From positions 23,074 to 87,073 of the IMG/VR virus record IMGVR_UViG_2974725113_000001: 64,000 nt of DNA. One strand, written 5' to 3'. Below, piece after piece: positions 63,860-64,000 of this stretch. The DNA comes from Oliverocinquevirus OLIVR5 (Duplodnaviria > Heunggongvirae > Uroviricota > Caudoviricetes). The position numbers and the translations under genes were made by a program. The stretch's first letter is position 1. Every line of letters begins with the position of its first letter. Below the pieces are notes generated by a model, which searched no databases, was not told where the DNA came from, and saw only the letters and a list, made by a program, of their open reading frames with translations.

Positions 63860-64000
63860 ATGGAAAATCCTGAACCGATGTTCTACGTGACTGCTACCGA
63901 AATCGATACCGGCAAAGCGGTTTATGCTCGACGTGTAGAAAGTAACGAAGAAATCTATTCGTTCCTCGACGAAGACAATATCTCGCCTAGCCTCTTCCCG
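63860..64000 (+). CDS. hypothetical protein, partial
   Basis: AAAGGA RBS then MENPEPMFYV..., open to the window end. Confidence 0.6.
   Translation, partial: MENPEPMFYVTATEIDTGKAVYARRVESNEEIYSFLDEDNISPSLFP

Noticed and set aside
1-64000. CRISPR array or cas genes
   Set aside because: No regularly spaced repeat-spacer series was seen. The PD-(D/E)XK protein at 31047 is a common stand-alone phage exonuclease, not a Cas4 in a cas context.

Overview
This window is part of a lytic T4-superfamily myophage genome, not a bacterial chromosome. The host is probably an alphaproteobacterium of the Rhizobium/Agrobacterium/Sinorhizobium group; this is inferred from the GapR/DUF2312 homologue, the fibre-chaperone type and the scrambled gene order recalling phiM9/P10VF-like phages. 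Layout: (i) 1-35 kb, mostly minus strand: dense small early ORFs behind repeated TTTAC(A/T)-N17-TAxxxx promoters, interleaved with dCMP deaminase, a DEDDh exonuclease, DNA ligase, gp46/47, gp55, both topoisomerase II subunits, GalE, a dNMP kinase, a PD-(D/E)XK exonuclease and two antisense Seg-like homing endonucleases. (ii) 35-56 kb, minus strand: tail-fibre and baseplate genes, gp16 and uvsW, interrupted by a plus-strand early cassette. (iii) 56-64 kb, plus strand: RlpA, gp33, probable gp59, tRNA-Asn and tRNA-Gln, gp17 and a gp5-like hub. Best leads: one S74-chaperoned fibre followed by two gp38-like glycine-rich adhesin paralogues that share 50-bp near-identical anchors around a variable loop, with the upstream copy frameshifted in that loop; a Tad1-like anti-Thoeris sponge; an orientation-independent CAAGGTYTAAGT box in promoter spacers; a family of stem-loop/promoter cassettes with a fixed GGAGGGGAT flank; and possible DNA-modification genes (GalE, dNMP kinase, 2OG-Fe(II) oxygenase). 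All family calls come from motif recognition by eye; no database search was run. Many start codons were refined by hand from RBS and gene overlap.
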